Below are positions 20,565 through 31,384 of a DNA stretch of 64,000 nucleotides, piece after piece; the stretch's first letter is position 1, and the number at the start of each line of letters is the position of its first letter. The DNA is taken from the NCBI GenBank assembly GCA_963663225.1, contig OY760142.1:1216001-1280000 (forward strand), read 5' to 3'. The position numbers and the translations under genes were made by a program. The DNA is from Nitrospirota bacterium. GTDB taxonomy: Bacteria > Nitrospirota > UBA9217. The notes beneath the pieces are model-generated. The model saw only the letters and a program-made list of their open reading frames with translations. It ran no database searches and had not been told where the DNA came from.

Positions 20565-20720
20565 AAACCATATATTACCACAATGACGAAGCACGAAAAA
20601 GCCATTTTTAGAGGTTCCTACAGGGCTAAACAAAGAAACCAGACGTATCCGTATGCTTTTTTAGAGTTTTTTACTTGGAACCGCCTTTTTATGATACAAT
20701 AACTCTGAAAATGGTGGCCT

Positions 20721-20981
20721 ATGAAGATACCCGAGTTAAGAAAACTGGTGGAACACTTTTCCTATGAACAAATCGACGCCTGCATTCAGCAGCAGCTTGC
20801 CAAAGGAGAAAATGAATGCAATGTCATAGATAAGACAGATGCCGTTATCGAAGCACTCAGCAAGGCAGGTGTTGTTCGCGAGATGATGGACAGCGGATTG
20901 ACATTCTCGGACGCGCTCCGGGAGCTGGGCAGAAAAATACGCGCTGTGTATGGAAAGGAAAAAGACAATGACAATGACTGA
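20721..20981 (+). CDS. Hypothetical 86-aa helical protein overlapping the pgi start
   Basis: Protein-like composition, ATG start, and overlap with pgi. Confidence 0.7.
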   Translation: MKIPELRKLVEHFSYEQIDACIQQQLAKGENECNVIDKTDAVIEALSKAGVVREMMDSGLTFSDALRELGRKIRAVYGKEKDNDND

Positions 20982-22563
20982 TCATGCTCTCTGGGAGCGC
21001 TACAAAAAATATCTCTGTACAAACCAGTTAATCGGCATGACACTTGACATCAGCAGGATCAAGTTCAATGACGATTTCTTTGACCGCATGGAGCCCAAAA
21101 TACAGAAAGCGTATGAAGCAATGGATGCGCTGGAATCAGGGGCCATAGCGAATCCTGACGAAAACCGCATGGTTGGACATTACTGGCTTCGAAAGCCCCA
21201 ATTGGCACCCTCAGCGGAAATTGGCAAAGAAATCGAAACCACGCTGCAGGCAGTCAAAGATTTTACCTTCTCAGTTCACGCGGGAAAAATAATGCCGAAA
21301 AAACGCGCCCGGTTCACGCGTTTTTTATGCATCGGCATCGGTGGTTCTGCTCTCGGCCCGCAATTTATCGCAGATGCCCTCGGATCACAAACCGACAAAA
21401 TGAAGCCGTATTTTCTGGATAATACCGATCCCGACGGAATAGACCGGGTGCTGTCTCAGCTCGGGGATCAGCTGGGCGACACGCTTGTTCTGGTAATATC
21501 CAAGAGCGGCGGCACTGTAGAGACCAGAAATGGGATGCTTGAAACGGCTGCGGCCTACCGAAAAGCGAACCTGTCTTTTGAACGGCATGCGGTCGCGATT
21601 ACTGGAGTGGGAAGCAAGCTTTATGAAATAGCAAAAAAAGGAGGCTGGCTAGCCACCTTCCCGATGTGGGACTGGGTGGGTGGGAGAACATCAGTATTAT
21701 CAGCAGTCGGCCTTCTTCCGGCATCTCTCCAGGGGCTCGATATAAATAGCCTTTTGACCGGTGCCGCCCTCTGCGATGAGGCAACGCGGAGCAAAAAGAC
21801 GCACTCAAACCCCGCGGCCCTTCTGGCCCTTGCCTGGTATCATGCCACAAAAGGCAGCGGTCAGAAAGATATGGTGATACTGCCCTATAAAGACAGGCTG
21901 CAGCTCTTCTCGAAATACCTCCAGCAGCTGGTTATGGAGTCGCTTGGCAAGGAAAAAGATCTTGCGGGTAAAGTTGTGAACCAGGGAATCACTGTTTACG
22001 GTAACAAAGGAACCACAGACCAGCATGCCTATGTTCAACAGCTTCGGGATGGGGTGAACAATTTTTTCGCCACGTTTATACAGGTCCTGCATGACCATGA
22101 CAGCGCGTCGATTGAAATTGAGCCCGGTGTCACCACAGGTGATTATTTAAACGCGTATCTGCAGGGGACACGAAATGCCCTGTATGAAAACGGGCGGGAA
22201 TCCGTTACGATCTCAATCGAAAAACTGGACGCACAGTCCATCGGAGCGCTCATTGCCCTGTATGAACGGGCCGTTGGATTTTACGCGTCGCTGGTGAACA
22301 TCAATGCATATCATCAGCCGGGGGTAGAAGCAGGAAAGAAAATGGCCGACGCCGTGATCACGTTGCAGCGCGACATTCTTGCTTATTTAAAGAAGAACAG
22401 CGGAGCGTCATTTACTGCTGAAGAGATCGCACAGGGTATCAACGCGCAAGACAGTGCAGAATCTATTTTTAAGATTCTTGAGCATGTGAGCGCGAATGCC
22501 GATCATTCGGTGGGCAAGACACCGGGGAACAAGGTGTTTGATGCGAAGTTTCAGGCGTTGTGA
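20968..22563 (+). CDS. pgi: Glucose-6-phosphate isomerase
   Basis: [34 protein letters not shown] and QPGVEAGK motifs. Confidence 0.96.
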   Translation: MTMTDHALWERYKKYLCTNQLIGMTLDISRIKFNDDFFDRMEPKIQKAYEAMDALESGAIANPDENRMVGHYWLRKPQLAPSAEIGKEIETTLQAVKDFTFSVHAGKIMPKKRARFTRFLCIGIGGSALGPQFIADALGSQTDKMKPYFLDNTDPDGIDRVLSQLGDQLGDTLVLVISKSGGTVETRNGMLETAAAYRKANLSFERHAVAITGVGSKLYEIAKKGGWLATFPMWDWVGGRTSVLSAVGLLPASLQGLDINSLLTGAALCDEATRSKKTHSNPAALLALAWYHATKGSGQKDMVILPYKDRLQLFSKYLQQLVMESLGKEKDLAGKVVNQGITVYGNKGTTDQHAYVQQLRDGVNNFFATFIQVLHDHDSASIEIEPGVTTGDYLNAYLQGTRNALYENGRESVTISIEKLDAQSIGALIALYERAVGFYASLVNINAYHQPGVEAGKKMADAVITLQRDILAYLKKNSGASFTAEEIAQGINAQDSAESIFKILEHVSANADHSVGKTPGNKVFDAKFQAL

Positions 22564-22628
22564 TAAGATTTTGTCGATTTAAATAAGATCTCATCTTGCT
22601 TCATTACCAGTGGATGCGCCAATATTGA

Positions 22629-22660
22629 CTCCCCTTAGCAAGGGGAGGCAAGGTGGGGTG
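22629..22660. repeat. Short palindromic repeat (CCCCTTAGCAAGGGG type, REP/MITE-like)
   Basis: CTCCCCTT-AGC-AAGGGGAG hairpin followed by a G-rich tail. Confidence 0.5.
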
Positions 22661-22828
22661 GATTACCAAAAAAGAAGAGGCCACATCTTGTTAGTTTTTT
22701 CCGGTTGCCTTTTTCCTTCATCATTGCTTTCACTGGAAGTTTCCCAATGAATTATTCTGGTAGTCCGGCGGCTTTAAGTATAACGTAAGGCTGTGTGGAT
22801 TTATATTCCTGGAGTCGGTACACGACAT

Positions 22829-22900
22829 TACATCGGTATGACTGAGCAGCGTTTGTATCGTGCAGATATTGTAGTTCGCCTGCAAGAGGTGTGTCGTAAA
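22829..22900 (-). pseudogene. Fragment of a tyrosine recombinase, probably an integron integrase
   Basis: FTTHLLQANYNICTIQTLLSHTDV is a degenerate box II (FATHLLxxGYDIRTIQELLGHxDV). The rest of the gene is absent. Confidence 0.75.
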
Positions 22901-22916
22901 ATCGTCACGGTTCAAA

Positions 22917-22937
22917 CAGCTTATTTTGTCGTTATGT
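22917..22937 (+). mobile_element. 3' half of an attC-like site
   Basis: GCTTATTTTGTC-GTTATGT (GTTRRRY-like core) 35 nt before a cassette-like ORF. Confidence 0.45.
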
Positions 22938-22971
22938 GTTACAAGTACGACTGCGCTCAGGAGGAGGTCGA

Positions 22972-23418
22972 ATGAATAAGAAGCTGTGGTTTTATGTAAG
23001 CAGTTTGGCAGCATTACTGGCTTTCCTAGCAGGCTGTGTGACTCTCAGCCCACAAGCAAAGCAAATTCAAATAGTAAGGAACTCGCAGGAGGTTTCCGCC
23101 TGTCAACGTATAGGCCCGGTGTCAACAAAAACTATGGCGTGTGTCGATCCCTCCACGTGTATGCGTGCTGCCGCAGCAGAAGGTCGCAATCAAGCTGCTG
23201 CGATGGGTGCAACGCATCTGTTGGTCACCTACAACGGCATTACTATTACTCATGGCGTGTTCGATGGTTTCGCATATCGGTGCGCTGAAGATCGAGTAGG
23301 TGTGCAGAGAATGGAACTGATCACACCCAATCCTACAAACAGTTTCATAGGGTGCACAAAAGACATCGAGTGCAAAGGTGACCGGATATGCGTATCAGGT
23401 CAATGCGTCGCGCCATGA
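22972..23418 (+). CDS. Cys-rich lipoprotein of unknown function
   Basis: GGAGGAGG RBS, lipobox LAGC, RNQAAAMGATHL, and C-terminal CTKDIECKGDRICVSGQC. Confidence 0.8.
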   Translation: MNKKLWFYVSSLAALLAFLAGCVTLSPQAKQIQIVRNSQEVSACQRIGPVSTKTMACVDPSTCMRAAAAEGRNQAAAMGATHLLVTYNGITITHGVFDGFAYRCAEDRVGVQRMELITPNPTNSFIGCTKDIECKGDRICVSGQCVAP

Positions 23419-23547
23419 GAAGTTCTTACACAGCAAATTAGTCACTTTCACTAGGAGTGAGCGTATTCACGTATTTGTGTTTATTCTGGAACTCAGAACA
23501 ATGCGCTTCAACCGTAAATTTCTTCCCGGCACAAACAAAAAACGGCG

Positions 23548-23599
23548 GGAGAACCAGGAGTTAAAGACCGACCATAGCGGCTTAACTGCCGCATTAGAC
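23548..23599 (+). mobile_element. Degenerate attC-like site
   Basis: GGAGAAC-CAGGAGTTAAAGACCG...CGGCTTAACTGCCGC-ATTAGAC, an imperfect palindrome with a bulged base. Confidence 0.55.
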
Positions 23600-23631
23600 A
23601 GAACACAACCTAAACAACAGGAGGTATCGCG

Positions 23632-24003
23632 ATGATCCCTGAAAAACTGCTGGAAATTATGAAACAGGATGGGGTTGTTGCCATTGCGACATTGGGAAAA
23701 GATGGACCGCATATGGTCAACACCTGGAATAGCTACCTCAGAATATCATCAGACGGACGATTGTTTATTCCTGCAGGTTACATGCATAAGACAGAAGCTA
23801 ACATTGCTCACAACCCGAATGTGCTGATTACGCTGGGAAGCAGCAAAGTTAAGGGCTTGCATGGACCAGGTGCCGGTTTCTTGATCAAGGGAAAGGCAGC
23901 CTTCATAACATCCGGACCTGATTTTGATTTCATGAAAGCAAAGTTCAATTGGCTGCGAGCCACCCTAGCGGTAACCATCGATTCAGCTACTCAAACCTGG
24001 TAA
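23632..24003 (+). CDS. FMN-binding protein (pyridoxamine 5'-phosphate oxidase-like, Desulfovibrio FMN-bp type)
   Basis: GVVAIAT.G.DGPHMVNTWNSY, MHKTEAN and GPGAGFLIKG motifs. Confidence 0.88.
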   Translation: MIPEKLLEIMKQDGVVAIATLGKDGPHMVNTWNSYLRISSDGRLFIPAGYMHKTEANIAHNPNVLITLGSSKVKGLHGPGAGFLIKGKAAFITSGPDFDFMKAKFNWLRATLAVTIDSATQTW

Positions 24004-24081
24004 AGGGGAGTGGAAAGTCTATACGTTGCAGTTTCGTGTCTTTGGCAAGCGTGTTGACAAAGGAAGGGAAGAGGGTTTTTA

Positions 24082-26154
24082 ATGAAATTCATATTCCGCC
24101 ATGCGGCAGTGTTTCCACTTCTGTTTTTATTCCTTCTGCCCTCCGGATGCAGCAGCAGTAATTCTAATGCGCGATATAACGCGACAATCGTCGAAGGGCG
24201 CGCCGTAGTGCAGGAGGTTATGGCCGAAACCGGCGCCACGTCGGTTTCCGTCGCTTTGGTGGATAACAACGGAGTCATCTGGTCGGAAGCTTTCGGTAGC
24301 GCAGACCGGGAGGCCAGCCGGAGTGCAACCCCCGCGACCCTGTATGCCGCCTGCTCGGTCAGTAAGATGCTGGCTACGATCTCTGTCATGATTCTTGTGG
24401 ATCGGGGAGACGTATCACTGGAAGATCCGGTCACGACGTACATTCCGGTTTTCACGATGCCATTTGACGGGCGTTACCGTGACATTACGGTCAGAATGCT
24501 TTTAAACCACTCGTCCGGACTTCCTGGAAACGACTCGAGAGGGACCCTCACGGTAAATCCCTTTCCCGGCTATGCCGAGCAGATGATGGCCGGATTACAG
24601 TATCAGAGATTGAAGCACAATCCGGGATTATTCAGCGCGTATAACAACGATGGCTTCACAATGGTTGCCAACCTGGTCAAAGCGGTGACCGGACAGAATT
24701 ATCAGGATTTTGTCCGCGAAAAGATTCTGACCCCGCTGGGTATGAATTCCAGCCGGTATCATATTGAACCTCTGCCCGACGGCTCATACGCCCGGGCCTA
24801 CTCCGGCGATACTAAACTTACGCAATATTACGTCAACGTATACAGCTCGGGCGGTCTGTTTACCACCCCCGAAGAATTATCCCGTCTGGCCACCCTGTTC
24901 ATTAATAACGGCGTTTACGGTACTTCCCGGATTCTTACCGCAAGATCCATCGCCGCCATGGCGCAGGACCAGCGGCTGGGATCTTTTAACCCAGTTTCGT
25001 TTGAAGAAAACCGGTTCGGTTTGGGGTGGGATACGGTTGCGCAGCCGGGTCTCTCGGCGGTGGGCTTTACGGCATGGCAAAAAACAGGCGATATGAGCGG
25101 ATTGTATGGAGCCAATATCGCCGTACTGCCCAATGAGAAACTGGGCGTCGTGGTCATGGGCGCATCCAATCAGTTTGCCTCCAGACACGCCGTGAAAATT
25201 TCGGAGCGCATTCTGCTTCGCGCGCTGGTTGAAAGCGGCCAGCTTTCCGCAATGCCGGCGCAGCTGGCCGGCGCCTCGCTTCCAGTGCAAACCGTCACGG
25301 CGGAGGAGAAAAGCACTTACACGGGATTTTATGCTGCTGGAAGCGGCGCATATCGCCTGAGTTTTGGAGCGGATGACTCCCTCTCGGTATCCGAATATCG
25401 AAGCGACTGGACGCCAAAATATGTAAACTTCAAACTGCGCAGCGACGGCTGGTACGCTGCTGATGACGATCCGTTTACCGCACTGCGCCTGCTCACACGG
25501 GGAGGATATCAATATTTAGCCCTCCGTCTGAAACGGGGAATGGGACATTACAGCGTTGCCTTTCTCTTCGCACAACGCTTAGATAACAGAGCGGCAATCT
25601 CCGCCGCCTGGCAGGCACGGATAGGTGAGGCATGGCTTCCGGTCAACGCCGACCCTTGGTATTTTTTGATCTTGAAAGGCAATGCTATCTTCGGGCTCAG
25701 AACGATCACTGACCTGATCGGTTATTTGTTCGGCAACAAGGTTCTGCGCGACATGACCCCGTCTTCCGACAACCGGCTTGATGGAATGTATCTGACACTG
25801 CCGGACAGCGCAACAGACTTGATGGATGCGGGAATTGAAACCTGGAACAGTGAAAACTGGCTTCGAGTTGGCAGTTATCTCTATCGTCCCCTGTCCGGCC
25901 TGCCGCTTCTTACATCGGGTGCCGGCACCGTGGTGATAGGCAGCGACGGATTCTCCGAATGGCGACGCCTGCCGTCCACAGGTTCACTTTCCGTCAGCCA
26001 GGCCGCCTACTGGTTTGTCTATGATGCCGACTTTAATGAGCTGTCGTCCGGAGTTGGAAGCGGTATGGCGTTTTTTTCCGGAGCCGGAGCCAAATACCTG
26101 CTTTTATGTGGCACAGCGGGAACGGAAATAACGCTTAATCTGACGACACCGTAA
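24082..26154 (+). CDS. Serine hydrolase, beta-lactamase/PBP-like family lipoprotein
   Basis: Lipobox PSGC, SVSK (SxxK), LLNHSSGL, YNN and KTG motifs. Confidence 0.88.
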   Translation: MKFIFRHAAVFPLLFLFLLPSGCSSSNSNARYNATIVEGRAVVQEVMAETGATSVSVALVDNNGVIWSEAFGSADREASRSATPATLYAACSVSKMLATISVMILVDRGDVSLEDPVTTYIPVFTMPFDGRYRDITVRMLLNHSSGLPGNDSRGTLTVNPFPGYAEQMMAGLQYQRLKHNPGLFSAYNNDGFTMVANLVKAVTGQNYQDFVREKILTPLGMNSSRYHIEPLPDGSYARAYSGDTKLTQYYVNVYSSGGLFTTPEELSRLATLFINNGVYGTSRILTARSIAAMAQDQRLGSFNPVSFEENRFGLGWDTVAQPGLSAVGFTAWQKTGDMSGLYGANIAVLPNEKLGVVVMGASNQFASRHAVKISERILLRALVESGQLSAMPAQLAGASLPVQTVTAEEKSTYTGFYAAGSGAYRLSFGADDSLSVSEYRSDWTPKYVNFKLRSDGWYAADDDPFTALRLLTRGGYQYLALRLKRGMGHYSVAFLFAQRLDNRAAISAAWQARIGEAWLPVNADPWYFLILKGNAIFGLRTITDLIGYLFGNKVLRDMTPSSDNRLDGMYLTLPDSATDLMDAGIETWNSENWLRVGSYLYRPLSGLPLLTSGAGTVVIGSDGFSEWRRLPSTGSLSVSQAAYWFVYDADFNELSSGVGSGMAFFSGAGAKYLLLCGTAGTEITLNLTTP

Positions 26155-26218
26155 AAAAAAACTTGATCTTGTATATTTCGAGGAAACAAAACAAAGGGGA
26201 CGATGATATTTAAGTATT

Positions 26219-26273
26219 TCCCAACCAGGCAATACAACCGATCGCTTCGCTCCGGCTGATTCCTATATTACAG
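26219..26273 (+). mobile_element. Degenerate attC-like site
   Basis: TCCCAAC-CAGGCAATACAACCG-ATCGCTTCGCT-CCGGCTGATTCCT; the right-hand core has decayed. Confidence 0.55.
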
Positions 26274-27425
26274 TGCAATCTGGTTCTTTCGAACCAACCG
26301 GTCTATGATTTTAAATAATTGTCTGATCTCGGCTTTGGTATTGTAAAAATGCGGTGATACGCGAAGACCGCCGCCGCGCACATTGACCATGATCCCCGCT
26401 TCCAGCAGCGCATCTTTCATCTGTACAGGGTCGAAATTTCCGGAAAATGTAATACTGCCACCCCGCTCTGTGCGGGTTTGCGGAGTCAGCATTCGGTAGT
26501 TTCTTTTCTCCGCTTCCTTGAAAATCTCATCACCAAGCTCCAGCACGCGTTGCTCAATATTTTCTATTCCCACTTCGAAAAGAAGGTCCAGAGCAGCTCC
26601 GAGACCCAAAATACCCATGAGATTGAGAGACCCTTCCTCGAAACGCAGGGCATCAGATTTGAGGGAAAAAACCGGCTTCTCAAAATCAAAGTCTGTTTTC
26701 ACTGATTTCCAGCCAATAAGCGGCGGCGTCAATTTTTCAGCCAGTGCGGCCCTGCAGAAAAAAATCCCGATGCCTTCAGGGCCAAGGAGCCATTTATGCG
26801 AATCCGCAGAAAGAAAATCGATGCAATAGTTTTTTACATCCATCGGGATTATGCCCAGGCTTTGGATCGCATCGACACAGAAAAGAACCCCCCTGCTTCT
26901 GCAAAGTTCACCGATTTTTTTCAGATCAGCGCGGTATCCGTTCGTAAACTGCACCGAACTCAGGGACACGAGGCGCGTTCCCGCATCCATCCGGCCCTCC
27001 AAGTCCTCAAGACATATGTATCCGTTGCGGGAGGGAATGATCCTGACGTTCACGCCTTTTCGCTGAACGTGCATCCAGGGATACAGATTTGCGGGGAACT
27101 CCCGTTCATAAACGAGAAGGTTGTCTCCAGGCTTCCAGTCGAGACCTTCCGCCACGATTGACAAACCGTGAGAAGTATTTTTTACGAAGGCAATTTCCTG
27201 CTCCTCTGCATTGACCAGCGCCGCGCATGCTTTTCTGACTTCTGTTATTCGTTGAGACCATTGCGGATAGAAGAAGGCTCCGTTTTTCGATGATTCCGCT
27301 AAAAAAGATTGGACAGCTGTTTTTACCCTGAGAGGGATAGGCGACACCCCCGCATGATCGAAGTAGAGGTGTTTTTTCGTAATCGGGAATTCCTGTCGAT
27401 AGGAGGTGAAGTATCGTTCATTCAT
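26268..27425 (-). CDS. PLP-dependent aminotransferase class V (cysteine desulfurase/selenocysteine lyase-like)
   Basis: YFDHAGVSP, VDAIQSLG, SHKWLLGPEGIG and LRVSPHFYN motifs. Confidence 0.9.
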   Translation of the reverse strand: MNERYFTSYRQEFPITKKHLYFDHAGVSPIPLRVKTAVQSFLAESSKNGAFFYPQWSQRITEVRKACAALVNAEEQEIAFVKNTSHGLSIVAEGLDWKPGDNLLVYEREFPANLYPWMHVQRKGVNVRIIPSRNGYICLEDLEGRMDAGTRLVSLSSVQFTNGYRADLKKIGELCRSRGVLFCVDAIQSLGIIPMDVKNYCIDFLSADSHKWLLGPEGIGIFFCRAALAEKLTPPLIGWKSVKTDFDFEKPVFSLKSDALRFEEGSLNLMGILGLGAALDLLFEVGIENIEQRVLELGDEIFKEAEKRNYRMLTPQTRTERGGSITFSGNFDPVQMKDALLEAGIMVNVRGGGLRVSPHFYNTKAEIRQLFKIIDRLVRKNQIAL

Positions 27426-27684
27426 GATTTTTGATATACAGCTCCTTTTGTTTGCGTGTTAAGGCTTTCATCGCGTATTCCTTCCTTAATGCTTCAGATT
27501 TTCCGCGGCAGGGCTCCTGAAAAAGAATGCGCACAGGCAGGCGGCTCCGGGTGTAGCGTGAAGCGGTTCCCTCCGAATGCTGCTTCAACCGCCGAGCGAG
27601 GTCGTTTGTAATGCCGGTATACAGCGAGCCGTCATGGCATTTAAGGATATATAGAATCCATTGTTTCGAGGTTTTTTTGTTCAT
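27418..27684 (-). CDS. GIY-YIG nuclease family protein (YhbQ/YazA-like)
   Basis: LYILKC.DGSLYTGIT.DL.RR..QH..G..SRYT pattern. Confidence 0.9.
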   Translation of the reverse strand: MNKKTSKQWILYILKCHDGSLYTGITNDLARRLKQHSEGTASRYTRSRLPVRILFQEPCRGKSEALRKEYAMKALTRKQKELYIKNHE

Positions 27685-27801
27685 CGCAGCCTGTTGTGAA
27701 TTTTATAGAATTGAAAACGGTATATCAAGAAGAATCTCAGACCACGCAGGAGAGACCGCATTAGTTGAATTGGCTCTGGCGCTATGTTATATTGTTTTCG
27801 C

Positions 27802-30800
27802 ATGAAAAAATTAGCGGACATAATGCTGCCTGTTGTCAATGATATCCAGGCAGAACGGAAAAGAACAGAGGTTAGCGAGCTCTGGGGGGCGTCAAAAGCC
27901 CTTTTTTTGTTCAGTTTTCAGCGCCTGACAGGCCGTCCCATTGTCATCGTAACGGCTAATGAAGAAGAAGCCGTAACCGTGGCAGAAGATCTCGCTTTTT
28001 TTAAACAGTGTCCAATCCTTCCTCTTGACGAGCATTTTCGGAACAAGGAAGAAAACGTAACCGAACCCCGCGCAGACGCCGGAATCTTTCTGTTCCCTTC
28101 CTGGAGCATTCTTCCCTTCGAAACCGATTCGCCTGACAGCAGAACCGTGGGCGAGCGCATGCGATTTCTATACAACCTGATCACCCGCGCTCCGGGTATC
28201 CACGTGGTTCCTGCTCCCGCGCTCATGCAGAAGCTTCCACCCTGGGAACTCTTTGCAGATGCCGTAAAAACCATTGCTCCGGGGACCGAAAGCGACCCGG
28301 ACAGCATTGTGCAGACGCTCGTGTCTGCCGGTTATGAATCCGCCTCGCTTGTTACGCGGACAGGAGAGTTCAGCAGGCGGGGAGGAATTCTGGATTTTTT
28401 TTCGCCGCTGCACGAAAATCCGGTACGGTTGGAATTCGCGGGCGATGTCGTGGAATCAATACGCGAGTTTGACAACGATACGCAGCGTTCTCATGCGGAA
28501 ATCCGCGGCGCCATCATACTGCCCGTGCGGGAGCTCCTGCTCGGACAGGAACACATTGAACGCTTCGCAAACCGGGTTAACAACGAAGCGCTCATCAATC
28601 AGGTCCGGGATGGAAACCTCCCGCAGGGCGTGGAGTTTCTCGCCCCCTTTTTCTATGACATGGGGACCCTGTTCGACTACCTGCCGGAGGAAAGTCTCTT
28701 TGTGCGCATCGAGCCTGACGACATCAAACAGGCGCTGACGGAAAGAATGCTGAAAATAACCGAAGGCCGGCAGGAAGAAGTCAACGAGGGGCGGCTGCTT
28801 CCCGATGTGCAGGAGATGTACCTTGACCCGGACGGCGTCGAGTCCGGCATGGAACGGTTTTCAGGGGTAGATTTGTTACTGCTCGGCAGCAATGCCGGAC
28901 ATCGCATGGATACAAAATCCGCCGCGTGGCTCGGCATGAAGCTTACCAAACCGCTGGATACGGACCGGGATGCGGCAGGACCTCGTGACGGCACGATGAC
29001 GGCGCTGGTTGAAAAGCTGAAACAGCTGCGCCGGACGAACCGAGTCTGGATCGTCTGCGGCACGGATGAAGCAGCTGCCCGGATCAAAAAACTGTTTCAG
29101 GATTATGACCTCGGCATCCTGCTCGGCCCGGCAAGCGACAACCGGGAGGAAGGCCCCTGGACCGTTACGGCGACAAGCGGCAGGCTCTCCGAAGGGTTTT
29201 CGTGGCCGGACCTCGGAATCACGATTATCACCGAAGAGGAAATATTCGGCAAAAAAGTACACCGCATTGCACCCAGGAAATCGCGCATAACGCCGTTTCT
29301 CTCGACGTTCAAAGAGCTCAAGCCCGGAGATTATGTCGTTCACACGGACTACGGCGTCGGTGAATACCAGGGCCTTACGCACATAAACGTGGATGGTTTT
29401 GAGACCGACTTTCTCGTGCTGCGCTATGAACCGGATGCCAAACTCTATGTCCCGCTGTACAGTCTCGACAAGGTCCAGAAGTACATCGGCGTTGATGGGA
29501 TGCAGCCCAGGCTCGACCGGCTCGGGGCGCCCGCATGGGCGAAAACCAAGGAAAAGGTCAAGAAAGACATCCTCGAGATGGCCCAGGAGCTTGTGGCCAT
29601 TTACGCGGCACGCGAGGCAATGCAGCGTACGGCCTTCTCTCCTCCCGACAACCTGTATCGCGAGTTTGAAGGAGCATTTCCTTTCGAGGAAACGCCGGAT
29701 CAGCAGAAGGCCATTGAAGAGGTCCTTGCTGACATGCAGCGTCCGCGACCGATGGACCGGGTCGTTTGCGGGGATGTGGGATACGGTAAGACGGAAGTGG
29801 CGCTCCGGGCCGCATTCAAAGCTGTGGAGGACGGTTTTCAGGCAGCCGTGCTCGTGCCGACAACGCTGCTTGCGGACCAGCACTGCAGAACGTTCTCCGA
29901 ACGGCTCGCGCCGTTTTCGGCCCGGGTGGAGATGCTTTCACGGTTCCGCACAAGAACAGAACTTAAGGAGACCATCGCAGGTCTCAAGCGCGGCAGCGTG
30001 GACATCGTGATTGGGACACATCGTCTGCTTCAAAAGGATGTTTCGTTCAAAAATCTCGGCCTTCTGGTCGTGGACGAAGAACACAAATTCGGAGTGCGCC
30101 ACAAGGAACGCATCAAGGAGTTCAAAAAGCTGGTGGATGTGCTGACGCTTACCGCCACACCGATCCCCCGGACGCTGCACATGTCGCTTGCGGGTCTGCG
30201 GGATCTTTCCATCATTCAAACCCCGCCGTTGGACCGGCAGGCGATCCAGGTCGTGCTGGCGCGTTTCGGCAAACGGGTGATCCGGGAGGCCATTCTGCGC
30301 GAGCTTGAACGGAACGGCCAGGTTTTCTTCGTGCATAACCGCGTACAGGGCATCGAACGAATGGCGGCATTTGTCCAAAACCTTGTACCGGAGGCGAAAG
30401 TCGGAATCGCCCATGGACAAATGGGAGATGAGGAAATCGAGGACGTGATGTCGCGGTTTATTCACGGCGCGCTGAACGTGCTGGTGACCACAACCATCAT
30501 CGAATCCGGCATTGATATTCCGACCGCGAATTCCATAATCATAAACCGCGCTGACCGCTTCGGCCTCGCCGACCTGTACCAGATCAAAGGCAGGGTCGGC
30601 AGAAGCCGGGAAAAGGCCTACGCATACCTGCTTACGCCGTCCGACGAATTGCTTTCGGACACGGCGCGCAAACGGCTCAGGGCAATTCAGGAGCTTTCCG
30701 AACTCGGAGCAGGCTTCCGCATCGCGGCACAGGATCTGGAAACGCGCGGAGCCGGGAATTTGCTCGGCAAGCAGCAGTCGGGCCACATTGCTGCGGTGGG

Positions 30801-31305
30801 GATCGACCTTTACACCCAGATGATGGAAGAGGCCATGGCAGAACAGCGCGGCGAAACGTTCGAAACGAAACCGGACACGCTCATCAACCTGCGCGCATCG
30901 GCGTTTATTCCGGAGGATTACATCAATGATGTCAGCCTGCGGCTTGCCGCTTATAAGGAAATCGCGGGCGAAACGGACGAGTCCGGCCTCGCCGCCATCA
31001 GAGAAGAGCTGCAGGACCGGTACGGCAGACTGCCCGAACCGGTGGAGAACCTAATCGAGATCATGAGCGTCAAATGCATCGCCCGCCGCGCTTCCGTGGC
31101 AAGAATCGACGCTGCGAAAGAGTTCGTCAATATAACCTTTGCCGAGCATGCTGCCGTTGCGCCGGAGAAGGTCATGTCGCTGCTTAAAAAGAACAAAAAC
31201 CGGATCAAATTAATTCCTGAATACACGCTCCAGATTGCACTGCCCGATCAATCGCTTGCAACGGCATCCAACGCCGTGAAAAAGTGCTTGCAGGACCTGT
31301 TGTAA
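27802..31305 (+). CDS. mfd: Transcription-repair coupling factor
   Basis: CGDVGYGKTEVA, VDEEHKFG, TATPIPRTL and TRG motif DLETRGAGNLLG. Confidence 0.97.
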   Translation: MKKLADIMLPVVNDIQAERKRTEVSELWGASKALFLFSFQRLTGRPIVIVTANEEEAVTVAEDLAFFKQCPILPLDEHFRNKEENVTEPRADAGIFLFPSWSILPFETDSPDSRTVGERMRFLYNLITRAPGIHVVPAPALMQKLPPWELFADAVKTIAPGTESDPDSIVQTLVSAGYESASLVTRTGEFSRRGGILDFFSPLHENPVRLEFAGDVVESIREFDNDTQRSHAEIRGAIILPVRELLLGQEHIERFANRVNNEALINQVRDGNLPQGVEFLAPFFYDMGTLFDYLPEESLFVRIEPDDIKQALTERMLKITEGRQEEVNEGRLLPDVQEMYLDPDGVESGMERFSGVDLLLLGSNAGHRMDTKSAAWLGMKLTKPLDTDRDAAGPRDGTMTALVEKLKQLRRTNRVWIVCGTDEAAARIKKLFQDYDLGILLGPASDNREEGPWTVTATSGRLSEGFSWPDLGITIITEEEIFGKKVHRIAPRKSRITPFLSTFKELKPGDYVVHTDYGVGEYQGLTHINVDGFETDFLVLRYEPDAKLYVPLYSLDKVQKYIGVDGMQPRLDRLGAPAWAKTKEKVKKDILEMAQELVAIYAAREAMQRTAFSPPDNLYREFEGAFPFEETPDQQKAIEEVLADMQRPRPMDRVVCGDVGYGKTEVALRAAFKAVEDGFQAAVLVPTTLLADQHCRTFSERLAPFSARVEMLSRFRTRTELKETIAGLKRGSVDIVIGTHRLLQKDVSFKNLGLLVVDEEHKFGVRHKERIKEFKKLVDVLTLTATPIPRTLHMSLAGLRDLSIIQTPPLDRQAIQVVLARFGKRVIREAILRELERNGQVFFVHNRVQGIERMAAFVQNLVPEAKVGIAHGQMGDEEIEDVMSRFIHGALNVLVTTTIIESGIDIPTANSIIINRADRFGLADLYQIKGRVGRSREKAYAYLLTPSDELLSDTARKRLRAIQELSELGAGFRIAAQDLETRGAGNLLGKQQSGHIAAVGIDLYTQMMEEAMAEQRGETFETKPDTLINLRASAFIPEDYINDVSLRLAAYKEIAGETDESGLAAIREELQDRYGRLPEPVENLIEIMSVKCIARRASVARIDAAKEFVNITFAEHAAVAPEKVMSLLKKNKNRIKLIPEYTLQIALPDQSLATASNAVKKCLQDLL

Positions 31306-31384
31306 GTGTGTTATAAGAACCACACTGCACGATACAGTCATGAAACAAAACCGTGACTATAAAAAGAGTGGAGGATATCGCTAC

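Noticed and set aside
23378-23635. 85-aa ORF between the lipoprotein and FMN-binding genes
   Set aside because: No RBS or motif, overlaps both neighbours and runs through the attC-like site; at most a cassette remnant.
24082-26154. Calling the serine hydrolase an antibiotic-resistance beta-lactamase
   Set aside because: The SxxK/YxN fold is shared by many esterases and peptidases, and the 690-aa architecture is unlike AmpC.
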